Source: Opitutales bacterium
GTDB taxonomy: Bacteria > Verrucomicrobiota > Verrucomicrobiia > Opitutales > UBA953
Length of the DNA: 64,000 bases
Assembly: GCA_040398005.1 (NCBI GenBank)
Contig: JBBAUX010000010.1
Span: 1 to 64,000 of the forward strand
Direction: 5' to 3'
The notes under the pieces are model-generated. The model was not told the origin of the DNA. It made no database searches and saw only the letters and a program-made list of their open reading frames with translations. The first letter of the stretch is position 1. Each line of letters opens with the position of its first letter. Shown here one piece after another: positions 30,554 to 40,804 of the stretch. The position numbers and the translations under genes were made by a program.

Positions 30554-33500
30554 ATGACTACCAGTCGCCCCAACGCCATCCGACTCCGCGGAGTTCGCCA
30601 AAATAATCTCAAGGGGTTTGATATCGATATTCCAATTGGAAAGTTGATCGTCGTCACTGGACTCAGCGGAGCCGGCAAGTCGTCTCTCGTTTTTGATACC
30701 CTCCACGCCGAAGGCCAACGACGCTATGTTGAAACTTTTAGCCCATACGTCCGTCAGTTTTTAGAACTACTTCCTGCGCCCGCACTCGACTCCGCCGAAA
30801 ACATCCGCCCGTCGGTCGCTATCAAACAAGGCAACACGGTCCGTACCTCGCGCTCCAATGTCGGCACGATGACCGAGCTTTGCGATTGGTTTAAAGTTTG
30901 GTTTGCGCACCGCGCACAACTCATCGATCCCGCAAGCGGCGAACCGATCACCCCGCAAGGACCGGATACCGCCTGGGAAATCTGTCTGAAGAAATACCGT
31001 AACCAATCGGTGGTGATTACTTTTGCCTTACAAAAACCTGAAGGACTCACCTGGGAGGCCATCGCCGATGAATTTATTCGAGCAGGCTTTACCCGTACTT
31101 ATATCAAAAATAAAAGAATAAGTCTCGGTGATGATAAAATCCCCGAAGGTGAATCCGAAATCCTACTCATTCAAGATCGTGTTAAAATTGAACCCGCCGC
31201 GAATTCTCGCTTTCACGAAGCTACTTTAAGCGCCTTTCGCCTAGGGGGCGGAAGAATGCGATTAATCAATGAAGACGGCACCGAAATTGCCCGCTTCAGT
31301 GAAGTACTAGAGTCTCCCGTTAACGGTAAAAAATTCCGAGCCGCGACCCCTGCCCTCTTTTCTTTCAACTCCCCGATTGGGGCCTGTGCGTGCTGTCGCG
31401 GATTTGGAAGAGTCATCGGACTAGATTGGAAAAAAATTATTCCGCAGCAGGATACTACCTTGGCCGAGGGTGCTATCGCCCCTTTTCAAGGAGCCGTTTA
31501 CGGAGAAAGTCAGAAAGATATGCAACGGGCCTGTAAAAAGAAAAATATTCCGATGGATGTTCCTTGGAATAAATTATCGGCGAGCCACCGAAAATTTATC
31601 GAAGAGGGCGACCCCACATATGAATCTGGCGAATGGGAATCCAAATGGTACGGGGTCAGAGGTTTCTTTCGTTGGCTCGAGTCGAGCACATACAAAATGC
31701 ATGTACGGATGTATTTATCGCGTTGGCGGGCCTACGAAGAATGTCCGCAATGCCACGGAAAAAGATTTTGTGCGGAATCCTTATTCTGGAAATGGGAAAA
31801 TAAAACACTCGCTGATCTGTACGCCATTCCCGTTAAAGAACTCAAAGAACTACTACTGCCGCACGCGCCTAAAAATTCCCGCCATCCAGCAAACCACGCC
31901 CTTGAGGCTATTTTAGCACGCCTGGGTTACTTAGAAGCGGTCGGTTTAAATTATCTGACGCTTGATCGATTATCGCGGACCCTTTCTGGTGGGGAAATTC
32001 AACGTGTTAATCTGACCTCATGTCTCGGGGCCTGTTTAGCCGATACCATTTTCGTACTCGATGAGCCCAGCGTGGGCATGCACGCCCGCGACTTATCCAA
32101 GATGGTAACCATTTTAAGAAGTCTGGTCGACCAAGGTAATACCGTGGTCGTCGTGGAGCACGATGAATCTGTGATGCGGGCCGCCGATTGGTTAATTGAA
32201 ATTGGACCTCAGCCCGGTGCACAAGGTGGCTATTGCCTCTATCAGGGTAAGCCCGATGGCATTTTAAAAATTAAAGACTCCGCCACCGGTGCATGGCTCT
32301 CGGGTAAACGAAAAGTCGAACCACGTAAAATCAGACCCGTGACTAATGCCACTCCACGTCTGCGTATTGAAAATATCAGCATTAATAATTTAAATAATTT
32401 TTCTGGCACCCTGCCCCTAGGTAAACTCGTCGGACTCTGTGGCGTATCGGGTTCAGGGAAGTCGACCCTACTGCACCAAGTGATTGGACGTGGAAATTTA
32501 GAGGACGAAGACGCCAGCAATCCTCTACATGGAAAATTAATTTTCGACGTGGATCCCGCCGAAGTCGCCGTCATCGATCAGTCGCCAGCCGCGCGTACTT
32601 CACGCTCTAATCCCGCTCTTTATGTCGGAGCCTGGGATGCGATCAGAAATTTATTAGGCAACTCCGATGCAGCCAAAGTAGCGGGGCTCACCCCTTCACA
32701 TTTTTCTTTTAACGCCGGCGAAGGTCGATGTGAACGCTGCGGTGGAGCAGGCTGGGAAACGGTTGAGATGCAATTCGTGTCCGACGTCGCCCTGCCTTGC
32801 CCATCCTGTAACGGCAAACGCTTCCGCGATGAAATCTTAGCTTTCAAATTCGACGGCAAATCCGTGGCCGATTTATTGGCGATGTCGGTAACCGAAGCTC
32901 GTGTTTTTCTCGGTGGGCGAACTCCTGCCAGTAATCAACTCAGTGTATTAGAGGAAGTCGGACTGGGTTATCTTTCAATGGGACAACCTTTGACCACCTT
33001 ATCGGGTGGTGAAGCGCAGCGCTTAAAACTGGTGCGTTATTTATCGCGACTGGATCCATCAAAAACCGGTTCACTCTTACTGCTTGATGAACCCACCACC
33101 GGATTACACCGCGAAGATGTTTCTAAATTAATTAAGTTACTCCAACGACTCACCGACGCTGGCCACTCACTCATCGTCGTAGAACACCATCTTGATGTTT
33201 TAAAATCGTGCGATTGGCTTGTAGAAATAGGTCCTGAAGCCGGACCGCGGGGCGGAAAGCTAATTGCCGAGGGAACGCCTGAAGTGGTCGCCCAAGGAAA
33301 AACAACTACCGGGAAATATCTCGCTCTAGAAGACAAAGCCTTTGATGCGAAAATAAATTATGTCAGTGCTCCGCGACCTACCGCTATCACCCTCACGGGT
33401 GCGCGTGAACATAATCTTAAAAATATTTCGGTAAAAATTCCGCACGGTTCACTCTCAGTGATGACTGGTGTTTCGGGATCAGGAAAATCAACTCTGGCGT

Positions 33501-36064
33501 TTGATATCCTATTCGCGGAAGGACAGCGACGTTTCTTGGAATGTGTTTCCGCTTATGCCCGGCAGTTCGTAGAACAATTACCTAAGCCGGATATCGATTC
33601 ACTCTCGGGCTTACCGCCGACCGTAGCCATTGAACAACGCGTCACCCGCGGCTCCGCCAAATCCACCGTCGCGACCGTCACCGAAGTGGCTCAATTCCTC
33701 CGCGTGCTCTTTGCCCGGGCCGGGATTTTACACAGTCCGACGACGGGTGAGCCCTTAACCGAAATGACGGAAGATGCAGTCGTAAGAATTATATCTAAAA
33801 ATATTAAAAACCTGAAGCGGGGTAAAATATTAATCGGGGCACCCCTTGTCCGTTCACGCAAAGGACATCACCGCCCACTCGCGGAATGGGCCGAAGCACA
33901 TGGCTACACTCATTTACGCTGTGATAATCAAATCATGCCCGTCGATGGCTTTAGTGGACTCGATCGTTATAACGAACACGACGTCGATGTGATTTTAGCG
34001 ACCATTAATCACGATGGCATTATTTCGTACCCTGATGAAACCGAAGAAGATGGTGACGCCTCATTAAGAAATTTAATACGCAAGACTCTCACTACCGGTA
34101 AAGGTGCCTGTCTTTTAATTAATGAACAAGGGAAGCAGATCCTTTATCTTTCAACCTCAAGAAGTGATCCAGCGACGGGCGAATCCTTCCCCGAGGTTGA
34201 CCCAAAACACTTATCCTGGAATTCACCACGCGGATGGTGCCCTACTTGCCGAGGTCACGGACTAGAAGTTACGAAATTCTCTGCCGACGAAGAAGAAACT
34301 CTTAATGAAAATGCCCTCGGTGACCGCGTGGGTGATAGCGTTTGTCCGGATTGCCAAGGTCAACGGCTCGGACCCATCGGTCGAGCAGTTAAACTCATCG
34401 GAGCACAGGAACAAAAACTTTCGTTACCTCAACTTCTAAAGCTTCAACCAGACGAAGCTTTAAAATTCCTGAAAAGTCTGCAGGGCGAAGCGCGAGAAAA
34501 AGCCATCATACAAGCCCTGCTTCCTGAAATCTCGGCACGTTTAAAATTCTTAAGTTCCGTGGGCTTGGGCTATCTCTCACTCGATCGCGGTGCGGATACA
34601 CTCTCAGGTGGAGAGTCACAACGCATTCGCCTCGCCGCTCAACTCGGGTCCACCCTCTCCGGCGCACTCTATATATTAGACGAGCCGAGTATTGGATTAC
34701 ACCCTCGAGATAATGATCGACTGATTGAGTCACTCAAAGAACTGAGAAATCGAGGTAACACCGTACTCGTAGTTGAGCACGATGAAGATACCATGCGAGC
34801 AGCAGATAATATTATCGATATGGGGCCAGGGGCGGGCGTGCATGGTGGACAAATCATCGCGGAAGGAACGGCCGCCGTACTTGAAGCCAATAAAAAATCA
34901 GTTACTGGGCAGTCTCTCAAAACCGCCATCCTTCACCCATTACGCGGAAGTCGTCGATCCATCACCGAAAAGAATAATACGCTTGAATGGGTGAAATTAA
35001 AAAATGCCTGTCTGCGAAATCTAAAAGGGTTTGATGTAAAATTCCCCACTGGTCGACTCTCGGTAGTTTGCGGAGTCTCGGGTGCGGGCAAAAGTACTTT
35101 AATGACTGACCTCATTGCCCCCGCAGCAGGTTGGGCGATATCCAAAAAGAAAGACGGCATAACCGGTAAAGAGGCACTCGCATTAATTTCTAATCAGGGT
35201 GAAATTTCTTTCCAGTCTATCACGGGCTTAAAATCATTCCGTCAATTAGTCATCGTTGACCAAGAACCCATCGGCAAAACACCGCGATCCACCCCTGCCA
35301 CTTATATTGGAGCGTGGGATATCATTCGTGAGCGACTCGCCGCACTTCCCGAAGCTTCCATTCGCGGACATAATGCGAGTTTCTTTTCCTTCAATACATC
35401 GGGCGGACGCTGTGAAGCCTGCTCGGGTGCGGGTCGCATTAAACTAGAAATGAGTTTCCTGCCCGACACCTACGTGCCCTGCGAAGAATGTGGCAGTCAG
35501 CGCTATGGTAATGCCGCGCGGGCGATTCGCTGGAATGGAAAATCAGCAGGCGATTTATTAAATATGACTTTTGAAGAGGGAGCCGAATTTTTCTCCTTCG
35601 ATGTTAAATTAAAAGACCTCTGCGCCCTGATGACCAAAACGGGCTTGGGTTATTTAACCTTAGGTCAAAGCAGCCCGACTCTTTCAGGCGGTGAGGCCCA
35701 AAGATTAAAGTTGGTGAGCGAATTAGCCAAAGGCCTGCCCACGTTTAGAGAGCGCGCTCGCGGACAAATCCGTCCCAACTTATATTTATTAGAAGAGCCC
35801 ACAATTGGACTTCACCAATCTGATTGTAAAAAACTCATCGAGCTACTGCACGCCTTGGTCGATCAAGGCCATACCGTCATCGTGATCGAGCATCACCCCG
35901 ATGTGATTGCCGAAGCAGATTGGGTGGTAGAAATCGGACCCGAAGGCGGTCAGAACGGCGGACAGCTTTTACATGCCGGAGACCCCGAAGCACTCGCAAA
36001 ACGTAAAGATTCACCAACCGCTCCGGCGTTAGCTGCCACTTTAAAAAGAGGTAAGATAAAATAA
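30554..36064 (+). CDS. uvrA: excinuclease ABC subunit A, double-length (two fused UvrA units)
   Basis: Four Walker A motifs (GLSGAGKSS, GVSGSGKST twice, GVSGAGKST), four LSGGE signatures, several CxxC zinc fingers; ATG 30554 preferred over TTG 30542. Confidence 0.93.
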   Translation: MTTSRPNAIRLRGVRQNNLKGFDIDIPIGKLIVVTGLSGAGKSSLVFDTLHAEGQRRYVETFSPYVRQFLELLPAPALDSAENIRPSVAIKQGNTVRTSRSNVGTMTELCDWFKVWFAHRAQLIDPASGEPITPQGPDTAWEICLKKYRNQSVVITFALQKPEGLTWEAIADEFIRAGFTRTYIKNKRISLGDDKIPEGESEILLIQDRVKIEPAANSRFHEATLSAFRLGGGRMRLINEDGTEIARFSEVLESPVNGKKFRAATPALFSFNSPIGACACCRGFGRVIGLDWKKIIPQQDTTLAEGAIAPFQGAVYGESQKDMQRACKKKNIPMDVPWNKLSASHRKFIEEGDPTYESGEWESKWYGVRGFFRWLESSTYKMHVRMYLSRWRAYEECPQCHGKRFCAESLFWKWENKTLADLYAIPVKELKELLLPHAPKNSRHPANHALEAILARLGYLEAVGLNYLTLDRLSRTLSGGEIQRVNLTSCLGACLADTIFVLDEPSVGMHARDLSKMVTILRSLVDQGNTVVVVEHDESVMRAADWLIEIGPQPGAQGGYCLYQGKPDGILKIKDSATGAWLSGKRKVEPRKIRPVTNATPRLRIENISINNLNNFSGTLPLGKLVGLCGVSGSGKSTLLHQVIGRGNLEDEDASNPLHGKLIFDVDPAEVAVIDQSPAARTSRSNPALYVGAWDAIRNLLGNSDAAKVAGLTPSHFSFNAGEGRCERCGGAGWETVEMQFVSDVALPCPSCNGKRFRDEILAFKFDGKSVADLLAMSVTEARVFLGGRTPASNQLSVLEEVGLGYLSMGQPLTTLSGGEAQRLKLVRYLSRLDPSKTGSLLLLDEPTTGLHREDVSKLIKLLQRLTDAGHSLIVVEHHLDVLKSCDWLVEIGPEAGPRGGKLIAEGTPEVVAQGKTTTGKYLALEDKAFDAKINYVSAPRPTAITLTGAREHNLKNISVKIPHGSLSVMTGVSGSGKSTLAFDILFAEGQRRFLECVSAYARQFVEQLPKPDIDSLSGLPPTVAIEQRVTRGSAKSTVATVTEVAQFLRVLFARAGILHSPTTGEPLTEMTEDAVVRIISKNIKNLKRGKILIGAPLVRSRKGHHRPLAEWAEAHGYTHLRCDNQIMPVDGFSGLDRYNEHDVDVILATINHDGIISYPDETEEDGDASLRNLIRKTLTTGKGACLLINEQGKQILYLSTSRSDPATGESFPEVDPKHLSWNSPRGWCPTCRGHGLEVTKFSADEEETLNENALGDRVGDSVCPDCQGQRLGPIGRAVKLIGAQEQKLSLPQLLKLQPDEALKFLKSLQGEAREKAIIQALLPEISARLKFLSSVGLGYLSLDRGADTLSGGESQRIRLAAQLGSTLSGALYILDEPSIGLHPRDNDRLIESLKELRNRGNTVLVVEHDEDTMRAADNIIDMGPGAGVHGGQIIAEGTAAVLEANKKSVTGQSLKTAILHPLRGSRRSITEKNNTLEWVKLKNACLRNLKGFDVKFPTGRLSVVCGVSGAGKSTLMTDLIAPAAGWAISKKKDGITGKEALALISNQGEISFQSITGLKSFRQLVIVDQEPIGKTPRSTPATYIGAWDIIRERLAALPEASIRGHNASFFSFNTSGGRCEACSGAGRIKLEMSFLPDTYVPCEECGSQRYGNAARAIRWNGKSAGDLLNMTFEEGAEFFSFDVKLKDLCALMTKTGLGYLTLGQSSPTLSGGEAQRLKLVSELAKGLPTFRERARGQIRPNLYLLEEPTIGLHQSDCKKLIELLHALVDQGHTVIVIEHHPDVIAEADWVVEIGPEGGQNGGQLLHAGDPEALAKRKDSPTAPALAATLKRGKIK

Positions 36065-36106
36065 ATTGGCTTAATTCATTTAATTGAATGAAATGCTTAC
36101 AGGTTA

Positions 36107-36856
36107 ATGAATTCCAAACGTACCATTCTACTTGGGGTAAATATCGATCACGCCGCGACGCTGCGTCAGGCTCGATACCGTGGGGTGCATCAATCCATTC
36201 ACGCCGAACCGAGTCCAGTATCTTTTGCCCGCGAATCCCTTCTTGCTGGTGCAGATGGAATCACCGTGCACCTGCGTGAAGATCGTCGACACATTCAAGA
36301 AGAAGATGTCTACGCCATCGCACAACTTGCTGGTGTACGTTTAAATTTGGAAATGGCCTGCACTGCCGAAATGGTGGTCTTCGCCAAAAAACTGAAACCG
36401 GCTGCCGTGTGTCTGGTTCCCGAATCCAGAGAAGAAGTGACCACGGAAGGCGGCTTAGATGTAGTTAAGCAATTTGAACGAGTAAAGGAAACCGTACAGG
36501 CGCTTAAAGCAGCTGGATGCGAGGTATCACTTTTTATTGAAGCGAACGACAAACAGATTGAAGCAGCACATTCGACCGGAGCCCCCGTGGTCGAACTACA
36601 CACGGGTGCGTTTGCCAATGCTTGGAAAACTCCAGCCGCGGATAAGGAATTTGAACGTTTACGGCTCGGGTGCGAAAAAGCCAAACAGCTCGGCTTAATT
36701 GTGAACGCGGGTCATGGCATTAATTATGATAATATTAAAAAAATTATCACCCTGCCCCATCTAAATGAACTGAACATCGGACACACCATTGTCTCGCGTG
36801 CTTTAATGACTGGAGTCCGTCCCGCGGTGGCCGAACTGAAGGCCCTCATTTCATGA
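36107..36856 (+). CDS. pdxJ: pyridoxine 5'-phosphate synthase
   Basis: LGVNIDH.ATLRQAR, HLREDRRHI, TTEGGL, NAGHG, ELNIGH. Confidence 0.96.
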   Translation: MNSKRTILLGVNIDHAATLRQARYRGVHQSIHAEPSPVSFARESLLAGADGITVHLREDRRHIQEEDVYAIAQLAGVRLNLEMACTAEMVVFAKKLKPAAVCLVPESREEVTTEGGLDVVKQFERVKETVQALKAAGCEVSLFIEANDKQIEAAHSTGAPVVELHTGAFANAWKTPAADKEFERLRLGCEKAKQLGLIVNAGHGINYDNIKKIITLPHLNELNIGHTIVSRALMTGVRPAVAELKALIS

Positions 36857-37248
36857 ACCTCAACGGGGGCAATGTGATTGGGGTTGGCGTGGACCTCACT
36901 GAGATTTCGCGCATTCGCACGGCTCATCAAAAACACGGACAAGGTTTTCTCGATAAAATCTTCACCGCCGACGAACAGGCTTTTTGTCTAAGCAAAGCCG
37001 ATCCTTATCCATCACTCGCAGCGAGATTTGCCGCCAAAGAAGCAGTGAGCAAAGCACTTGGAACCGGCTTTAGTGAAAAATTTTTATTAACCAGTTGTAG
37101 TATTAAAACCGGAACTGACGGCGAGCCGACGGTTGTGCTCGACGAAAAAGCCAAAGCGCTCGTTCACGAAAAAGGGGCGACCCAAGTATTGGTTTCATTA
37201 ACCCACACTGATCAACTCGCCGAAGCCTTCGCTGTTTTAGTAAAATAA
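36853..37248 (+). CDS. acpS: holo-[acyl-carrier-protein] synthase
   Basis: GVGVD, AARFAAKEAVSKALGTG, SLTH; conserved pdxJ-acpS pairing. Confidence 0.94.
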   Translation: MNLNGGNVIGVGVDLTEISRIRTAHQKHGQGFLDKIFTADEQAFCLSKADPYPSLAARFAAKEAVSKALGTGFSEKFLLTSCSIKTGTDGEPTVVLDEKAKALVHEKGATQVLVSLTHTDQLAEAFAVLVK

Positions 37249-37370
37249 AATATTATCTGCGCACCGCTTTCCTGTTTTATCCTGCGCTGAGTCCGTAGCA
37301 GTTGAAGCAGTGAGTACTACCCAGATTCTGTCTGAGTTATCCAAGGTCTTGAAGTGAAATTCTTTTTGGC

Positions 37371-38465
37371 TTGGGTCGTGCGGTGCTTCCCTTGCCACAA
37401 GACTTTCGAACGCAGTGTCTGCTTCTAAACGGCTTATCCCAAGTCGGTCCAGTCACGGTCCGACGCCTGCGAGAAACTTTCGGTAATGACTTATCCGCAG
37501 CACTATCGGCTTCGGCTAATGAATTACGAAAAGTTAAAGGGCTGACCGAGCCCACGATTCGCTCTCTGCAGGAGAAAAATTTCGATTGGGTAAAAGAGTT
37601 AAGCGAAGTCGAAAAACAGGGTTTTAAAATTATCGATGAAACTTCAGCGGAGTGGCCGCAGTCCCTCCAACAATTATGGGATCCACCGCTGGTCCTCTAC
37701 GTGGATGGTCATACCTTACCCAATGAAAAATCTGTAGCGATTATTGGATCAAGACATTGTTCGCCCTATGGAACTTATTTAGCCCATCACTTCGCGCAGG
37801 AATTAGCGAAGTTGGGCTGGTGGATTGTGAGCGGGATGGCTCGAGGAATTGATTTCGCGGCGCACGAAGGCGCGCTGAGCGTCGACGGAAAAACGGCAGC
37901 CATCTTAGGTCATGGAGTCAATCTAACCTATCCGCCTGAAGCGCTTTCTCTCCGCAAAAAAATCGCCGAGAGTGGATGCATCCTTGCGGAATTTCCATTA
38001 GGCCGGCCGGCCGATCGCCAAAGCTTTCCACAACGTAATCGCCTGGTGGCTGGACTGGTTAAAGCGGTCATTATTATCGAAACAGATGTGGACGGAGGGA
38101 GTATGATTACCGCGCGATTTGCGGGAGACTTAGGAAAAACACTCTTGGTGGTGCCTGGTCGAATCGACAGTCCCACCAGTCGTGGATGTCATCAATTAAT
38201 ACGTGATGGGGCGACATTGGTGAGTTCGCTCGATGATATTTTATCAGAAATCGGAGAACAACGCGGACAGCTACAAATCTCGTTTGAACAAATGGACCCC
38301 GAAGATAGTCACTGGTTAAAACATTTTAAAGGCGGAACTATTCATGACGCAGAATCACTTTCGGTGGTGGCCAATTGCCCGCTCGCCGATGCCGCCAGTG
38401 CACTCACGCTTTTAGAAATACAAGGTAAGCTGCAACGGCGCAGCGATGGCCGTCACGAAAGATGA
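37371..38465 (+). CDS. dprA: DNA-processing protein DprA
   Basis: VAIIGSR, IVSGMARGID..AH, FPQRNR, GSMITA; start codon uncertain. Confidence 0.92.
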   Translation: MGRAVLPLPQDFRTQCLLLNGLSQVGPVTVRRLRETFGNDLSAALSASANELRKVKGLTEPTIRSLQEKNFDWVKELSEVEKQGFKIIDETSAEWPQSLQQLWDPPLVLYVDGHTLPNEKSVAIIGSRHCSPYGTYLAHHFAQELAKLGWWIVSGMARGIDFAAHEGALSVDGKTAAILGHGVNLTYPPEALSLRKKIAESGCILAEFPLGRPADRQSFPQRNRLVAGLVKAVIIIETDVDGGSMITARFAGDLGKTLLVVPGRIDSPTSRGCHQLIRDGATLVSSLDDILSEIGEQRGQLQISFEQMDPEDSHWLKHFKGGTIHDAESLSVVANCPLADAASALTLLEIQGKLQRRSDGRHER

Positions 38466-38468
38466 TGA

Positions 38469-39113
38469 TTAAGGATAAAGCTTATAACCATGAGCCACGT
38501 CTACCGTCGTAGTTGGCTTAGCACCCATAAGCCAATCAATCACCGCTTTAGGCTTAGCTAGAAAATCTCTTACGTAATTAAAATACGCGGTCGGCTCATG
38601 CCCAAAGTCAGCACTGTATGACATGGCTTTGTGTTGATTAGTCGAAAGTCGATCCGCGAGCCACAGTGCACGACCGCAATGCCAACCTTGGGAAACATAA
38701 ATAACAGGTTCGTCTAGAAAAACCGCGGCTGCACGTTTTACGGAATCGAGCGTTCTCCATCCATACGGATCCAAAACAATCGGTGTGGTGACTCCCGCTT
38801 CCCGAAGTCGATCAGCCATCGTGCGCGCTTGATTATTTAAACCCGACGTCACCACCAATTTAATTTTTCCGGTACGACAGAGTTGAGCGGCTGCCTCGAT
38901 TCTTAATTTAAAACACTCACTTAATTTTCCCGTCTTTTCGTCGCGCTCATCTAGACCCAATAAAACCAGAACGGCATCTTGAGGGATTTGCCCTGGGGTA
39001 TTTCTTAAATCACGACCCCATCCAGCGGACCAAATCCATAAATTGGAGATGATAAAGAAAGCGGATAACAGCCCAGAAACCCAGAGGAGTGTCCTTCTAA
39101 GTATCGGGCTCAT
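38469..39113 (-). CDS. SanA/YdcF (DUF218) family membrane-anchored protein
   Basis: N-terminal TM, R..AA..L...G, SG, D..G.RTLDS, SQ..H..RA. Confidence 0.75.
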   Translation of the reverse strand: MSPILRRTLLWVSGLLSAFFIISNLWIWSAGWGRDLRNTPGQIPQDAVLVLLGLDERDEKTGKLSECFKLRIEAAAQLCRTGKIKLVVTSGLNNQARTMADRLREAGVTTPIVLDPYGWRTLDSVKRAAAVFLDEPVIYVSQGWHCGRALWLADRLSTNQHKAMSYSADFGHEPTAYFNYVRDFLAKPKAVIDWLMGAKPTTTVDVAHGYKLYP

Positions 39114-39167
39114 ACCTAGACACTAACCCAGAATTTCGCCCCTAAAAGGGTAAATTTTACTTAAGTT

Positions 39168-39183
39168 TGCCTAAATTTAGGCA
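39168..39183. promoter_or_regulatory. perfect 16-bp palindrome, candidate enhancer-binding-protein site
   Basis: TGCCTAAATTTAGGCA, about 50 bp upstream of a sigma54 promoter. Confidence 0.55.
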
Positions 39184-39235
39184 GAATCGGTTGCCAATAG
39201 TAGGTTTAGAGACAATAAATCCACGGGTGTGCTTC

Positions 39236-39250
39236 TGGCACGCTTACTGC
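39236..39250 (+). promoter_or_regulatory. sigma54 (-24/-12) promoter
   Basis: TGGCACGCTTACTGC matches TGGCACG-N4-TTGC with one mismatch; GG-N10-GC spacing is exact. Confidence 0.75.
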
Positions 39251-39263
39251 CTACTTTTACTCA

Positions 39264-40763
39264 ATGAGTGCAACAATCAACAATGCTAAAGTTCTGATCA
39301 TCGATGATGACAAAGACCTACGCTATTCCCTTCGCCGTGCATTAGCCGGGCAAGGCCACAATGTTATAGAAGCGGATAGCGGCGAATCCGGTGTCGCTTT
39401 AGCGAAACGCGAGCAACCTGATGTCATTCTCCTAGATAATCGCATGAGCGGAATCTCGGGAATCGAAACCCTCCAGATGCTTCGTGGCGCACAGCCTCAA
39501 GCGATGGTCATTTTAATGACGGCGTTTGGAACAACCCAGACGGCCATCGAGGCGATGAAGTTCGGTGCTTACGATTACGTCATGAAACCTTTCGACCAAG
39601 CGAAGCTCATCGCACTCGTTGATCGAGCCCTGGGCGCACGACGCGATTTAAATTCAGCAACAAAAGCCGGACGTTCCTTAGTGAATCCCGCCGACTACAA
39701 AGAAGGCCTCGTGGGAAGTTCCGAGCCCATGCAGGAAGTGCTCAAATCCATTGGCCAAGTAGCCGCGAGCGATGCCACGGTATTAATCACGGGCGAAAGT
39801 GGTACGGGAAAAGAATTGGTAGCACGCTGTATCGCCCAACACTCACTCCGTGCCAAAGGCCCTTTCATCGCAGTGAATTGTGCCGCAATTCCCGAAAACT
39901 TAATTGAGTCAGAATTATTCGGACACGAGAAAGGTGCGTTCACGGGAGCGACCAATCAAAAGCCTGGAAAATTTGAGCTCTGTGATGGTGGTACGATTTT
40001 CCTCGATGAAATCGGAGATATGTCACTCCCCACGCAAACGAAAGTATTACGGGCAATTCAAGATGGTGAAATTCAACGCGTCGGTGGAACCACCACCTTA
40101 AAAGTCAGCGTGCGCTTAGTTGCGGCGACGAATAAAGATCTCGAAGCGATGGTCGCCTCCCGCCAATTCCGCGAAGACCTTTTCTACCGTCTCAATGTTT
40201 TCCGTATCCGCCTCCCCGCCCTGCGTGACAGAAAAGATGATATTCCTTTACTCGTTGATTACATGCTTCAACGCCAAGCCGCTGCCCGCAAAGGCAAACC
40301 GAAGCGCTTATCCAACGAAGCCCTCGAGAAACTCATTGCACATGATTGGCCTGGCAATGTGCGTGAACTCGAGAACGTAATTCAACGCGCTAATGTCATT
40401 GCGAAAGGCGAAACCATCTTAGCTAAAGATTTACCACCAGAGGTTACCAGTCCGCGCCGCTCAGCGCCAAAGCCAACCCTTACAGCAAGCCCTGCATCAA
40501 CCGTGCTGATTCAACCTGAAGTCAGTGTCGTCGTAGCGGCCGCTCCGTCATCGCAAACACTCTACGACGCCATCTATAAACAAAATCGCATCGATGACGG
40601 TAGAAATATTTTAAGCACCATTGAGATTGAACTGATCAAGCGAGCGATGGAAGAAACTCGAGGCAACCAGCTACGTTCTTCTGTTATTCTAGGCATCAAT
40701 CGATCCACCCTGAAGAAGCGTCTCCTCGAGATGCAACAGGCGGGTATCAAGTTCTTCACCTAA
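39264..40763 (+). CDS. sigma54-dependent response regulator, NtrC family (receiver-AAA+-Fis HTH)
   Basis: IIDDD/LLD receiver, [48 protein letters not shown]. Confidence 0.93.
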   Translation: MSATINNAKVLIIDDDKDLRYSLRRALAGQGHNVIEADSGESGVALAKREQPDVILLDNRMSGISGIETLQMLRGAQPQAMVILMTAFGTTQTAIEAMKFGAYDYVMKPFDQAKLIALVDRALGARRDLNSATKAGRSLVNPADYKEGLVGSSEPMQEVLKSIGQVAASDATVLITGESGTGKELVARCIAQHSLRAKGPFIAVNCAAIPENLIESELFGHEKGAFTGATNQKPGKFELCDGGTIFLDEIGDMSLPTQTKVLRAIQDGEIQRVGGTTTLKVSVRLVAATNKDLEAMVASRQFREDLFYRLNVFRIRLPALRDRKDDIPLLVDYMLQRQAAARKGKPKRLSNEALEKLIAHDWPGNVRELENVIQRANVIAKGETILAKDLPPEVTSPRRSAPKPTLTASPASTVLIQPEVSVVVAAAPSSQTLYDAIYKQNRIDDGRNILSTIEIELIKRAMEETRGNQLRSSVILGINRSTLKKRLLEMQQAGIKFFT

Positions 40764-40804
40764 AAAGGTTTTACTCACTCAGTTTTTTGGTGTTAAAGAA
40801 TTCC

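Noticed and set aside
30554..36064. Intein or stop-codon read-through explaining UvrA length
   Set aside because: Length is fully accounted for by two UvrA repeats in one open frame.
37249..37370. Possible ncRNA or small ORF between acpS and dprA
   Set aside because: Only a weak GCGCA/TGCGC pairing and no convincing ORF; cannot be supported from sequence alone.
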